NCBI GenBank assembly: GCA_965248535.1
Contig: CBDFJR010000005.1
Span: forward strand, 1,824,001-1,888,000
Direction of reading: 5' to 3'
Source: Phormidesmis sp.
GTDB lineage: Bacteria; Cyanobacteriota; Cyanobacteriia; Leptolyngbyales; Leptolyngbyaceae
DNA: 64,000 bases
Shown here: positions 30,929-40,201 of the stretch, piece after piece
How the letters are laid out: each line of letters starts with the position of its first letter
Numbering within the stretch: the first letter of the stretch is position 1
The notes under the pieces: model-generated
What the model was told of the DNA's origin: nothing
The model's database searches: none
The model's input: the letters and a program-made list of their open reading frames with translations, nothing else
Made by a program: the position numbers and the translations under genes

Positions 30929-32194
30929 CTAGAGGTTGAGCATTGTGACATACTCCCGACGTTCTATGCTGACAGCATAGAACGCGGGCTTCTCAGTGAC
31001 TCCAGCGATTGCTTCGGACGTTACCTGAGCTTTAAGAACGGAATGCCCTACCGCTCTGTGTTTGATATTGATGGCTGCATTGTGGTCACGGTGAAGTTCA
31101 CACCCGCAATTAGGGCATGAATGCCAACGGTCAGAGAGTTCTTTTTTGACCTTGACCCCACAGCTTGAGCAGTCTTGACTTGTACCGTTTGGGTTCACTG
31201 CAATCGTGAGCAATCCGGCTCTTTCAGCCTTGATTGAGAGGATTTGCAGGAATTGATTCCATCCAGCATCGTGAATCGATTTTGCCAGTCGTGTTCTAGC
31301 TAATCCTTTGACATTCAGCTTTTCATGTGCGACGTGTCTCCCCTGAAATAAAAGCTTTTGTGCAGTTTTGTAATGAAAGTCTTTACGCTGATTCGAGACT
31401 TTCAGGTGCGCCTTGCTGACTCGCTTAATCGCTTTCTTGCGACGATTTGAGCCTTTCTTTTTGCGAGACAATGAACGCTGCAACCGTTTCAGTCGCTTCT
31501 CAGCTTTGCGATAGTGCTGAGGGATGGCAATCTCTTCACCCGAATCATCAGTGAGAAACGACTTCAGCCCTATATCAATCCCGATAGTATTTCCCGTTAC
31601 TGGAAGATCAGGAGTGAGAACTGGAACGGTTGCATCTTGAAGCGATAGCGTGATGTAGTAGCCGTCAACCTTCTTAATGATTGCAGCCGCTTTAACCTTG
31701 AAGCCATTGGGTAAGGGGCGATGCAGAATCAGCTTCAACTTGCCTAGCTTGGGAAGCTGGATGAACCGACCGTCAATGTGTTCTGGCTTGATGGGATCTG
31801 GGAACCCAAGCGAACGAAATCGATCCCGTCCCTTGAAGCGAGGTTTGCCGCTCCGCTTGCCGTTGATATCGCCTTTTAGCCATCGGTCAAATGTCTTTTC
31901 AACCCGCGCAATCACGTCCTGTAGGGTGTGAGAAGGAATCTCTTTGTATTCAGGAAACAACTGCTTAGAGTTGACTAAATCCCGCTTCTGAGAATAGAAG
32001 TCAGGACGGTCTTTGAGGTCTGGCAGATGGCAGATTAACGGGCAAGCATGAATGTCACAGCGATTTTGCTCGTACCAGTTAAACCGCTCTGAAAGCCGAT
32101 AATTGTATTGACGACGTGCAAGTTCAAGCCACTGATCAATTGTGGTTTGCTGCGTTGCAGTCAATCTCAATCGGTACTGATGAGCAGTTCTCAT
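30929..32194 (-). CDS. tnpB: RNA-guided endonuclease TnpB
   Basis: N-terminal YRLRLT; RuvC-I IGIDIG, RuvC-II AHEKLN, zinc finger CSSC/CPNC, RuvC-III RDHNAAINI; ATG at 32194. Confidence 0.95.
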   Translation of the reverse strand: MRTAHQYRLRLTATQQTTIDQWLELARRQYNYRLSERFNWYEQNRCDIHACPLICHLPDLKDRPDFYSQKRDLVNSKQLFPEYKEIPSHTLQDVIARVEKTFDRWLKGDINGKRSGKPRFKGRDRFRSLGFPDPIKPEHIDGRFIQLPKLGKLKLILHRPLPNGFKVKAAAIIKKVDGYYITLSLQDATVPVLTPDLPVTGNTIGIDIGLKSFLTDDSGEEIAIPQHYRKAEKRLKRLQRSLSRKKKGSNRRKKAIKRVSKAHLKVSNQRKDFHYKTAQKLLFQGRHVAHEKLNVKGLARTRLAKSIHDAGWNQFLQILSIKAERAGLLTIAVNPNGTSQDCSSCGVKVKKELSDRWHSCPNCGCELHRDHNAAINIKHRAVGHSVLKAQVTSEAIAGVTEKPAFYAVSIERREYVTMLNL

Positions 32195-32520
32195 TTGGGC
32201 ACAGTCAATCAGCGTGCTATTATTGTACTGCATATTTCATGACACTGCAACAATGACCAGTAAAGAGATTGTTCAGATTCGATTGCCGAAAGAAGAGAAA
32301 GAACGCTTGGATTCTTACTGCCAGAAAACGAGACGGTCAATCACGGATGTCCTACGGGAGTTTATTCGTTCACTGCCTGAGAGATAGTTCGTTTCGTCGT
32401 TGCTGTCCTCCCTCGTCTCATTGCATTCGACATGAGTCAGACAGCACTCCTCATCTCACACGCATTCATCCCGACGCTTACCGAAACGCTAGAGCGCGGG
32501 GCGGCGGCTCAGGCTCAATA
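30945..32520 (-). mobile_element. Non-autonomous IS200/IS605-family element (tnpB + small RHH gene, no tnpA)
   Basis: Right end GAAG-CCCGCGTTCTATGCT..AGCATAGAACGTCGGG-AGTATGTCAC; related left-end hairpin CCCCGCGCTCTA..AGCGTCGGG near 32470-32501; left boundary inferred from IS608 geometry. Confidence 0.8.
32253..32387 (+). CDS. 44-aa CopG/ribbon-helix-helix protein (below the ORF-track cutoff)
   Basis: Manual translation MTSKEIVQIRLPKEEKERLDSYCQKTRRSITDVLREFIRSLPER*: beta strand plus two helices; divergent from tnpB. Confidence 0.8.
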   Translation: MTSKEIVQIRLPKEEKERLDSYCQKTRRSITDVLREFIRSLPER

Positions 32521-32599
32521 GGGCGAAGCAGTTCTGATCAGAAAGGCAACAAACCCGCCGAAAGCTAGAGAGGTTTTCTGGGCAACGATCGCTAGAATG

Positions 32600-32804
32600 T
32601 CGTCATTAAGAACAGGGGATCAAAGCACTAAAAACCCAGGGATCATGGCTAGTCCGAAAGCATCAAAATGAAAGTACTAGGAATTCTGGACTGAGACACG
32701 GAGAATCTTAGGACGAATCACTAGGAGTTCTGAACTGAAACCCTGAGAATCATGGAGGTACAAATACTAAAAATCGTGGATTAAGTCACATTGATTAATG
32801 GCAT
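32600..32804. repeat. Degenerate 22-bp tandem repeat array (~8 units)
   Basis: Units at 32600, 32622, 32671, 32693, 32715, 32737, 32761 and 32783; consensus about RAAWCACTARGAATYNTGGAYT. Confidence 0.6.
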
Positions 32805-32947
32805 AGGCAATAGACACGGCAAAGCTATTTCTCTACATCGCTTTTGACTCATGCTGTATTTTCATACCGATTCTGATCTCGTGAAGTTCACGTCTCTAAG
32901 TTATCACCAGCATCGTTCTTAATCCAGAACGTCATTTTTTATAATCT

Positions 32948-33397
32948 ATGATTACAAACACTTTCTCTAATCGTCGTAAAGAGGTTCTAAGAGTTGTTCT
33001 TTCTGTTTCAATAATTATTGTAGGAATCACTCACTTTGCGATCCCAATTCCGTTTGTTCGCATTGTGCCCCCGCAGCTTCCTAGCCCGCTTGCCCTTGTG
33101 TATATCAGTGGCTTCTTTGAGATTCTAGGCGGCATTGGGTTACTGATTCCAGTCGTGAGTGTGGCGGCAGCTTGGGGATTGATTGCGCTGTTTGTCGCGG
33201 TGTTTCCTGCAAACATTAATATGGCGATTAATCAGATCGCGATCGAGGGCATTCCCCATCAGCCAATTTTATATTGGGCTAGACTGCCGTTTCAAGCCGT
33301 GTTGATTGTCTGGGCCTGGTGGTATACAAGACATCCAGAGCGACAGCCAGGGTTTGAGAGTGTCATGAAATTAACAAAATCCTGGATGGGTCGTTAA
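32948..33397 (+). CDS. DoxX-like membrane protein
   Basis: GITHF, IVPP, YISGFFEILGGIGLL, AVFPANINMA, RLPFQ; four TM helices. Confidence 0.8.
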   Translation: MITNTFSNRRKEVLRVVLSVSIIIVGITHFAIPIPFVRIVPPQLPSPLALVYISGFFEILGGIGLLIPVVSVAAAWGLIALFVAVFPANINMAINQIAIEGIPHQPILYWARLPFQAVLIVWAWWYTRHPERQPGFESVMKLTKSWMGR

Positions 33398-34428
33398 GGC
33401 GGAGAAATCGGTTGATCAGTTGACTTGGCAGACCAAATAGGCAGGCGTTCGACCTGCTCAAGCGTTAGCTGCACATAGGTCGTCTGGGTGCCATTAGCGA
33501 TCGCTTGACCAAAATAGCCCTGATCACCATCGTGAGTGTGAGGGCCACTGTCTAAAAAGTGATAACGACCCTGCTGTTTGGCTCGGTTAAAGGGCGACCC
33601 GATCGTCCAACTCCATCGCGAAGAAAAAACAATGCGAGGAATGCCCTCTACCCAGTCTCGTTGACCTTTGAGGTGATAAACCTGCTGGGCGGCATCAAAG
33701 CCAGCCTCACCGTCAAATGCGCCCCCGGCTGAGACAACGGTGAGGTTTGCAGGCAAACGATCGTGCAAATATGGAACGGCACCCAGCGCTACCTGTACGC
33801 CGCCACTCGTGCCCAGCAAAATTAGGTGAATGGGTCGCCGACGCGGAATCGGGTGAACGGCGTTCATGCGTTCCACGATCGCGGCGGCAATGCCCTGTCC
33901 ATAAACAGTGCCATAGCGATCGTCAGCCGAAATCGCAAATCGCCAGAGATTGCGAATCTTAATCAAAACATTTGCAGTCTTGAACCAGCCGTCTGCTTTT
34001 TCAGCCGTTTTCCAGACTGGAGCCAGCAGCCGTTCGCCGCCTAAATCTTTGTTGGCGACTGAATAAGGAAAAACATCTCGAACCGTTACGCAGTTGGGAT
34101 GACGCTGTTCTAAATGATTTAAGAAAAATTCTTCGCCTGACGATAGCTGATTGGCTGAGAAATCGCCGACTCCTGGCAGATAGACAATGTAGCAATCGAT
34201 CGCCCGTTTTGCCGATTTTGAGTTGCGATTAGCCGAAGAGTTAGCGGGCAGTTGCTCAGGGTCTTGCTTTTTTAAGCCCAAACTTTCTGCATTTTGACTG
34301 AGCCACCACACTAGAGTTCCGATCGGGGCAACGGTGCCCCAAATCAGCAGCAAGACTCCTGCCAAGGCCAACAGCTTTAAGGTGTCCCCTTGCATTCGCT
34401 GTAAAATTCGCCCCACAAACTTAAGCAT
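33394..34428 (-). CDS. Membrane-anchored alpha/beta-hydrolase-like protein
   Basis: N-terminal TM, VYLPGVG, LLGTSGG (GxSxG), late HTH. Confidence 0.65.
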   Translation of the reverse strand: MLKFVGRILQRMQGDTLKLLALAGVLLLIWGTVAPIGTLVWWLSQNAESLGLKKQDPEQLPANSSANRNSKSAKRAIDCYIVYLPGVGDFSANQLSSGEEFFLNHLEQRHPNCVTVRDVFPYSVANKDLGGERLLAPVWKTAEKADGWFKTANVLIKIRNLWRFAISADDRYGTVYGQGIAAAIVERMNAVHPIPRRRPIHLILLGTSGGVQVALGAVPYLHDRLPANLTVVSAGGAFDGEAGFDAAQQVYHLKGQRDWVEGIPRIVFSSRWSWTIGSPFNRAKQQGRYHFLDSGPHTHDGDQGYFGQAIANGTQTTYVQLTLEQVERLPIWSAKSTDQPISPP

Positions 34429-34490
34429 TCTACTCAGTTAGATACCTCTCTTAGAGTAGAGTATGGCTGCACAGCAACTAGGAACGTCCC

Positions 34491-35060
34491 GTGAGACATC
34501 AAGCGTTACAAGAAGGATTTTGGAAGGCGTTAACCAACGCCCTGCTGTTAAACGCTGATTTCTATGAAAACGCCCGCAACACCCCCAAAAATCATCGCTT
34601 GGCGCTGACGATCGTGCTGCTAGCTGCCCTTTCTCACCTGCTAGGAAGCGCGGTGATTTTGCTGATCAATCGAGTCGCCCTCCCGGTGTTTTTTGTGGCG
34701 CTTTTGTTTGATGGACTCAGTGTTGTTGTGGGTTATTATTTCTGGACGTTTACGATCTGGAAAGTAGGACAATGGATGAAGCCCATCGATCCAACTTATA
34801 GCGATTTGCTGAGTCCGATCGGGTTTGCTTATGCGCCGCAAGTGTTCAATTTTTTGACGCTAATTCCACTGTTGGGAAGACCGATTCAGTTTGTGCTGGC
34901 AGTCTGGAGTCTGCTGGCTGTGATCGTGGCGGTGCGTCAGGGGCTGGATGTTCGCACTCGTCAAGCCGCGTTTATCTGCTTGGTTGGGTTCCCGATTATT
35001 CAAGCTGTGATCGGGCTAGTTCAAATCTTGGGACAGCGGATTGTGGATTGGACAACTTGA
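34491..35060 (+). CDS. Yip1-like membrane protein
   Basis: About five TM helices; IGFAYAPQ and AVRQGLD. Confidence 0.7.
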   Translation: MRHQALQEGFWKALTNALLLNADFYENARNTPKNHRLALTIVLLAALSHLLGSAVILLINRVALPVFFVALLFDGLSVVVGYYFWTFTIWKVGQWMKPIDPTYSDLLSPIGFAYAPQVFNFLTLIPLLGRPIQFVLAVWSLLAVIVAVRQGLDVRTRQAAFICLVGFPIIQAVIGLVQILGQRIVDWTT

Positions 35061-35083
35061 GTTTGGTCATGAAACCTGCTGAA

Positions 35084-36127
35084 TTATCTAACCCTTCTGC
35101 GCTTTTGTTGGGGTGATCTACGCAGCATTCCGGCGATCGTCACCACAGAGCCGAGCAGCCCAAGAGCATAGTGAGTGTAGGGAGTTTGCCGAACCTTGAT
35201 TGGCGATCGCTGCATCTTAGAGGGCTGATTGGGCGAGTCGTCTGACGATTTTGGAACACGGATGGCGTGCTTAGATGGCTCGATCGGGAACCCTCGATAT
35301 TTAGAATAAACCTGCGTAAACTCTGCGCCAAACAGCAAAATTTGAGCCGAATAAAACACCCAAATCAACAATACCACCAGCGACCCAGCCGCCCCATAAG
35401 CAGAGCCAACTCCACCGTGACTAATATAAAGCCCCAGCAAAAACTTGCCCAAGTTAAACAATAACGCCGTCACACCAGATCCTACCCAAAGATTTCGCCA
35501 GGGAATGTTAACGTCTGGCAAAAACTTATAAATCGCTGCAATTAAAACAGTGACAACGCCAAATGAAATAACAAAGTTAGCAATCTGACCCACGATCACA
35601 AAACCCGGAACTAAATCTCCAAAATATTTTGAAACGGCTGCTAACACGGCCGATAACACTAAAGAGACTAGCAGTAGAAATCCAATCACCAACACCATTG
35701 CAAACGATAAAAATCGAGCTTGCAAAAAGCTTTTAATGCCATTGCCAGGTTTTGGCTTGACTTCCCAAATTGTGTTGAGGGCCACTTGCAGTTGACCAAA
35801 CACCCCAGAAGCCCCAAATAGCAGAATGACGACTCCCAAAACTGTCGCGATCGTGCCCCCTGACCCAGGTCGATTCGCATTCTGAATCATGGCCTGAATT
35901 GCCTCTGCGCCCTCTCGCCCTACCAAACCCTGGATCTGCCCAATGATTTCTCCTCGTGCGGCTGCTTCCCCAAAAAACAAGCCCGCGATCGCGATCACAA
36001 TCAGCAGCAAAGGAGCGAGAGAAAACACCGTATAGTAAGCCAGTGCAGCCGCTAGAAGGGGCACATTATCCTCACTCCACTCAGCAGCCGTGTCTTTGAG
36101 CAGCTTAAAACCGTCCTGAAGGCGCAT
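35084..36127 (-). CDS. YihY/BrkB-family membrane protein
   Basis: AAALAYYTVFSLAPLL, ALNTIW, YGAAGSLVVLLIWVFYSAQILLFGAEF; ATG at 36127. Confidence 0.9.
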   Translation of the reverse strand: MRLQDGFKLLKDTAAEWSEDNVPLLAAALAYYTVFSLAPLLLIVIAIAGLFFGEAAARGEIIGQIQGLVGREGAEAIQAMIQNANRPGSGGTIATVLGVVILLFGASGVFGQLQVALNTIWEVKPKPGNGIKSFLQARFLSFAMVLVIGFLLLVSLVLSAVLAAVSKYFGDLVPGFVIVGQIANFVISFGVVTVLIAAIYKFLPDVNIPWRNLWVGSGVTALLFNLGKFLLGLYISHGGVGSAYGAAGSLVVLLIWVFYSAQILLFGAEFTQVYSKYRGFPIEPSKHAIRVPKSSDDSPNQPSKMQRSPIKVRQTPYTHYALGLLGSVVTIAGMLRRSPQQKRRRVR

Positions 36128-36440
36128 GATCTTGATTCCTAATAGAAAAAAATATAGATCGGACTGGTACGAAAAACAGGTGTCCCATGCGAGTGTATAA
36201 GCAATATGCGTAGGTCTGCACCTATCGTTAGAAGTAATTGACACAGCGCGCTGATAACCCTGAGAACTGATCGACCAACGCTAGACGAGGAGCGGAGTTT
36301 AAGCAATTGATATCTCTAAGGATAGAGGAAAGTGAATCGATCGTGAATTAATCCCCTCCTCAAGGTAGTGTAACTGACAATACTAAACCCTTAATCTAGG
36401 CATCGAAGTTACAAACTAGATTTAACGAGGAATTAACACA

Positions 36441-36860
36441 ATGTCTAACTTAGAAAGCAACACTCAGAAGAACGTCACGACTGATGGGCCCGATCGGGTT
36501 GAAGAAGATGGCTACGATCGTCATATCATTCCCGCAGAGACGGCGGCACGTCGAGAGCGAGAAGGCGATCTCTTCAAGACCCATCCCACCGAAGAGGGAG
36601 AATCTAGCGCCGCTACCGACGATCAGACCGACTCTCAAAGCATTCGCACAACTGATGGCTACACCGTAGACAAAGAAGGGCTGCTCAACAACTACGCCGT
36701 CGAGCCAGAAATGTATTATGACGTGCCCGGTGATGCACGAGAGCAAGCAGAAACCGACAAAGCAGCCCGCATTGAAGAACTGAAAGAAATTAATCAAAGC
36801 AGTCAGGGCGAACTCACCGAAGAAGGCGATCAGCGCGGTCGTGGAACAGGCGTTATTTAA
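36441..36860 (+). CDS. Small acidic hydrophilic hypothetical protein
   Basis: GAGG RBS; 139 aa, D/E/T/G-rich, with core GYTVDKEGLLNNYAVEPEMY. Confidence 0.8.
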   Translation: MSNLESNTQKNVTTDGPDRVEEDGYDRHIIPAETAARREREGDLFKTHPTEEGESSAATDDQTDSQSIRTTDGYTVDKEGLLNNYAVEPEMYYDVPGDAREQAETDKAARIEELKEINQSSQGELTEEGDQRGRGTGVI

Positions 36861-36901
36861 CGTCTAATGCCGGCCGGGCAGTAGCCACCTGAAAGATAGA
36901 A

Positions 36902-36958
36902 ACTGGGGTTCTTAGAAAACAGATCAGCGATCGCGCTGATTCCTATTAGAACCCTAGT
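36902..36958 (+). terminator. Long hairpin downstream of the 36441 gene
   Basis: ACTGGGGTTCT...AGAACCCTAGT outer stem with inner ATCAGCG/CGCTGAT stem. Confidence 0.45.
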
Positions 36959-37151
36959 CTCTGGCTCGAAAGATTTCCTAGAGAGGGCTATGGTAGGGGA
37001 ACTCCGCAGTTCCTACCTGGATTGAACCTTGGATTGAACGATGCCTAACTTTCTTATCCCGGCATGATCTATGGTTTGATAGATTTGGATGCGTTCTTTT
37101 GCAGATTCACATCCGCATCGCTCCAGCATCCAAAGCTACAATAGACGCATC

Positions 37152-37913
37152 ATGGAACAAGAAGTTATCACCCTCCTCTCTAGCCGCGAAATCGAAAAAA
37201 TGCGCCGGGCCGGACGCTTGGCGGCAGAGCTATTAGACTATCTAGAACCGTTGGTCAAGCCAGGAGTCAGCACCCTTAAGCTCAACGACGAAGCCGAACG
37301 CTGGACTCAAGCTCACGGAGCTAAAAGCGCGCCGTTAGGCTATCACGGGTTTCCCAAATCGATTTGCACCAGCGTGAATGAAGTCGTGTGTCACGGCATT
37401 CCTAACGCGAGACAAATTCTTAAAGACGGCGACATTATTAATATTGACGTGACCTTGATCGTTGAGAGCTATCACGGCGACACTTCAAAGATGTATTTTG
37501 TTGGCGAACCGTCACCCCTAGCAAGGCGCTTAGTCGAGGTGACCGATCGCTGTCGTCAACTAGGCATAGAGCAAGTGAAGCCAGGAGCCAAAATTGGCGA
37601 TATTGGGGCAGCGATTCAGGATTATGCCGAGGCTCAGGGCTTCTCAGTGGTGAGAGACTTTGTAGGCCATGGGATCAGCAATATTTTTCACACAGCGCCA
37701 CAAGTTCCTCACTATGGCAAACGGGGCACGGGCAAAAAGCTGCGTCCGGGCATGGTGTTTACGATCGAACCCATGATCAACGAGGGCACCTGGGAAGTTG
37801 AAGTCATGAAAGATAAGTGGACAGCGTTGACAAAAGACCGCAAACTCTCTGCCCAATGTGAACACACGCTAGTCGTCACTGCTAGCGGCTATGAGATTTT
37901 GACCCAATGTTAG
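37152..37913 (+). CDS. map: Type I methionine aminopeptidase
   Basis: SICTSVNEVVCHGIP, NIDVT, HGDTS, GHGI, FTIEPMIN, SAQCEHT. Confidence 0.95.
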   Translation: MEQEVITLLSSREIEKMRRAGRLAAELLDYLEPLVKPGVSTLKLNDEAERWTQAHGAKSAPLGYHGFPKSICTSVNEVVCHGIPNARQILKDGDIINIDVTLIVESYHGDTSKMYFVGEPSPLARRLVEVTDRCRQLGIEQVKPGAKIGDIGAAIQDYAEAQGFSVVRDFVGHGISNIFHTAPQVPHYGKRGTGKKLRPGMVFTIEPMINEGTWEVEVMKDKWTALTKDRKLSAQCEHTLVVTASGYEILTQC

Positions 37914-37922
37914 GCGGGTGAG

Positions 37923-38900
37923 TTATGAGCGGGTTGGAGAACTGCACAGCGATCGTAGCCCTGCTCGAAAGTCTGGGTCTAAATAGCGCTGCTGTAGCGT
38001 CTGCCAGGGTCGCAGCGCGTGGGCAACGTTTTGGTTAAGCTGTTTTGACAACGTAGGATACACGGCTTGAACTGATCCCTTGATCTGAGATTCCAGATAG
38101 GTTTGCAGCACCGCACCGTCTTGAATTTGACCCAACACCTCTTGGATGGTTTTAAACTCCTCAACTTGCTCGGTGTAGGCCGAGTCATAGAACTCTACAA
38201 ACAACTCTGTTTGATAGCGCACTCGCTTCATTTGTTTACGGAGATCGTGCAAGACAGGGCCGTGATGCTGGACAAACTCATCCAACATTTCTGGGTGAAT
38301 GGACTGCACGATCGCCTTTCCCTGATCGAAGGTCGCATTGACCAACCAGGCCGGATGCAGCAATGTCTGACTGATTAGCGGCAGCAATAAGTCTGGCAAC
38401 ACTTCTGGCATCGACAACTGAGCAATCGATCGGGCGCGAGGCTTTTCTAACCAACTTTCAAGGGCAGCTTTGAGTTCCTCATAGGGTGACCCTTTGAGGG
38501 TTTTCTTTAAGCCTGCAAAGTCATGTTTGCGCTCTTTTGCCATCGTTTTAAGCAGCGTTTTTAACCCGTCTTGCTCGGATGAAGGCAGGTTAGCTTGCTG
38601 CTGAGTCTTGAGTTCTGCGGTGAGCACATCAAGATCTCTGACCGCCCCCAGCGAGTGAGCGATTTGACTGATTGCCCGATCGCTGATCGATTGCGGTAGT
38701 TTGATCGCAAATCCAAACACGTCTATGGCAGTTCTTAGCCGCCGCAAGCCCACACGCATTTGGTGCAGCGGTTCGGGGTCTTGATCATCTAGAACATCCG
38801 ACTCGTGCTTGATGGATTTTTTGAAATGTTTCTCGATCGCTGCGTAAGCAAAGCTCTCTAGCGTGAGGCGCTGAGTCAGTTTTTTTGCTTGAGTTTTCAT
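37923..38900 (-). CDS. CHAD-domain protein
   Basis: LHQMRVGLRRLRT, LGAVRDLDV, LHDLRKQMKRVRYQTE, QEVLGQIQD. Confidence 0.9.
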   Translation of the reverse strand: MKTQAKKLTQRLTLESFAYAAIEKHFKKSIKHESDVLDDQDPEPLHQMRVGLRRLRTAIDVFGFAIKLPQSISDRAISQIAHSLGAVRDLDVLTAELKTQQQANLPSSEQDGLKTLLKTMAKERKHDFAGLKKTLKGSPYEELKAALESWLEKPRARSIAQLSMPEVLPDLLLPLISQTLLHPAWLVNATFDQGKAIVQSIHPEMLDEFVQHHGPVLHDLRKQMKRVRYQTELFVEFYDSAYTEQVEEFKTIQEVLGQIQDGAVLQTYLESQIKGSVQAVYPTLSKQLNQNVAHALRPWQTLQQRYLDPDFRAGLRSLCSSPTRS

Positions 38901-39017
38901 ACTTTATAAAAAGAGTTTGTAAATTCACAAACACTCTTTACGGTGCCACAGTTTTAGCAAGGTTTGCTCATTCTGCTGACAGAGGTTTAGCAGTTAAGTA
39001 CTCACATAGTCCCTTGC

Positions 39018-39887
39018 TCACATAGTCCCCTTAAACAATCCCTGCGGGCGCACTAACAGAACCGATACCATAATTAAGAGCGCAACCGCTAGCTTGTATT
39101 CCGATCGTAGCCAATAAGTGCTGAGTTCTTGAGCCACGCCAATTACCAAGGCTCCGGCGATCGCGCCATAGGGGTTGCCAATGCCGCCCAAAATCACTGA
39201 GGCAAATAGCGGCAAAATCAAAAACCAGCCCATGTTGGGTCTTACGGCTTCGACCAATCCCAACATGCTGCCGCCAAGGGCGGTCATGCTTGCGGCGATC
39301 ACCCACGTCCAGATCACGACTCGATCGACATCAATGCCCGTGACTCGCGCTAAATCAATATCGTCTGCGACTGCGCGCATGGCTTTGCCTACTTTGGTAT
39401 ATTGCAGCAGATAATGGAGCGCCGAGATCGCGACGATTGCTAACCCGATCACTACGAGATTATAAAGAGGAACTCTCACACCCGCTAGCAATAATGCTTC
39501 GGCTACGGGTAACTCATAGCGCTGATTGCTGCCGCCCCAAACTAAAATAATGCCATTGCGAATGAAGAGCGCTAGCCCGATCGACATAATGATTAACGTC
39601 GTTGAAGTCGCCCGTTGAGCGCGCATCGGTGCCCAGAGTAGCTTCTCAATCAGCAGCGCCACCCCCACCGTGATGGCAGCCGAGAGCACGATCGACACCC
39701 AAATCGGCAGATTGGTCACGGTATTGAGAAACAGCGTCAAATAAGCGCCCAGCGTCATGAAATCTCCGTGGGCAAAGTTAGACAGCCGCAAAATGCCATA
39801 GGTCAAACTCAACCCCACGGCTGAGAGGGCGATTATGCTACCGAGGGAGATGCCATTAACAATCAACTGCGCAATTTGGGTATCCAT
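39018..39887 (-). CDS. livH: Branched-chain/neutral amino acid ABC permease (LivH/NatD-like)
   Basis: NFAHGDFMTLGAY, GKAMRAVAD, ILGGIGNPYGA. Confidence 0.85.
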   Translation of the reverse strand: MDTQIAQLIVNGISLGSIIALSAVGLSLTYGILRLSNFAHGDFMTLGAYLTLFLNTVTNLPIWVSIVLSAAITVGVALLIEKLLWAPMRAQRATSTTLIIMSIGLALFIRNGIILVWGGSNQRYELPVAEALLLAGVRVPLYNLVVIGLAIVAISALHYLLQYTKVGKAMRAVADDIDLARVTGIDVDRVVIWTWVIAASMTALGGSMLGLVEAVRPNMGWFLILPLFASVILGGIGNPYGAIAGALVIGVAQELSTYWLRSEYKLAVALLIMVSVLLVRPQGLFKGTM

Positions 39888-40201
39888 TCTGAAACTGTTT
39901 AGAACCTATCGCTTGATTGTCTATGAATCGGGCGAGTTTGAAAAGTTTAAAGCTCCCGATCGTTAACCCCACTGCCTGCTTTACCTTTCTTAATCAAAAA
40001 TTTCCAATAAAAAAGCAGCCCCTACCCGGTTTGGACTGCCTTTGTGTTAGACGATGAGCTTCTCAATCTGTGTCCATAATGCCGCAGTTGATCAGGGGGA
40101 ACATCTTCCTAAAGGTGGATAGCGATTGCTGCTGCCTAGAAAGCATTTAACCGCCCACAAGGTTAGAACTGTGTCGGTCAGCACGGCATTAAATAACGTT
40201 T

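Noticed and set aside
32269..32568. 99-aa ORF in the track
   Set aside because: Out-of-frame overlap of the RHH gene and crosses the IS left end; composition is not protein-like.
32600..32804. CRISPR array next to TnpB (Cas12-like locus)
   Set aside because: Units are contiguous and degenerate, with no conserved repeat/unique spacer alternation.
34463..34493. Possible fourth +1 frameshift linking ATG 34463 to the Yip1-like ORF
   Set aside because: The offset is 3n+1, but a usable GTG start exists and I have no homology evidence.
37016..37040. TGGATTGAAC repeated twice upstream of map
   Set aside because: Two short copies only; function cannot be supported.
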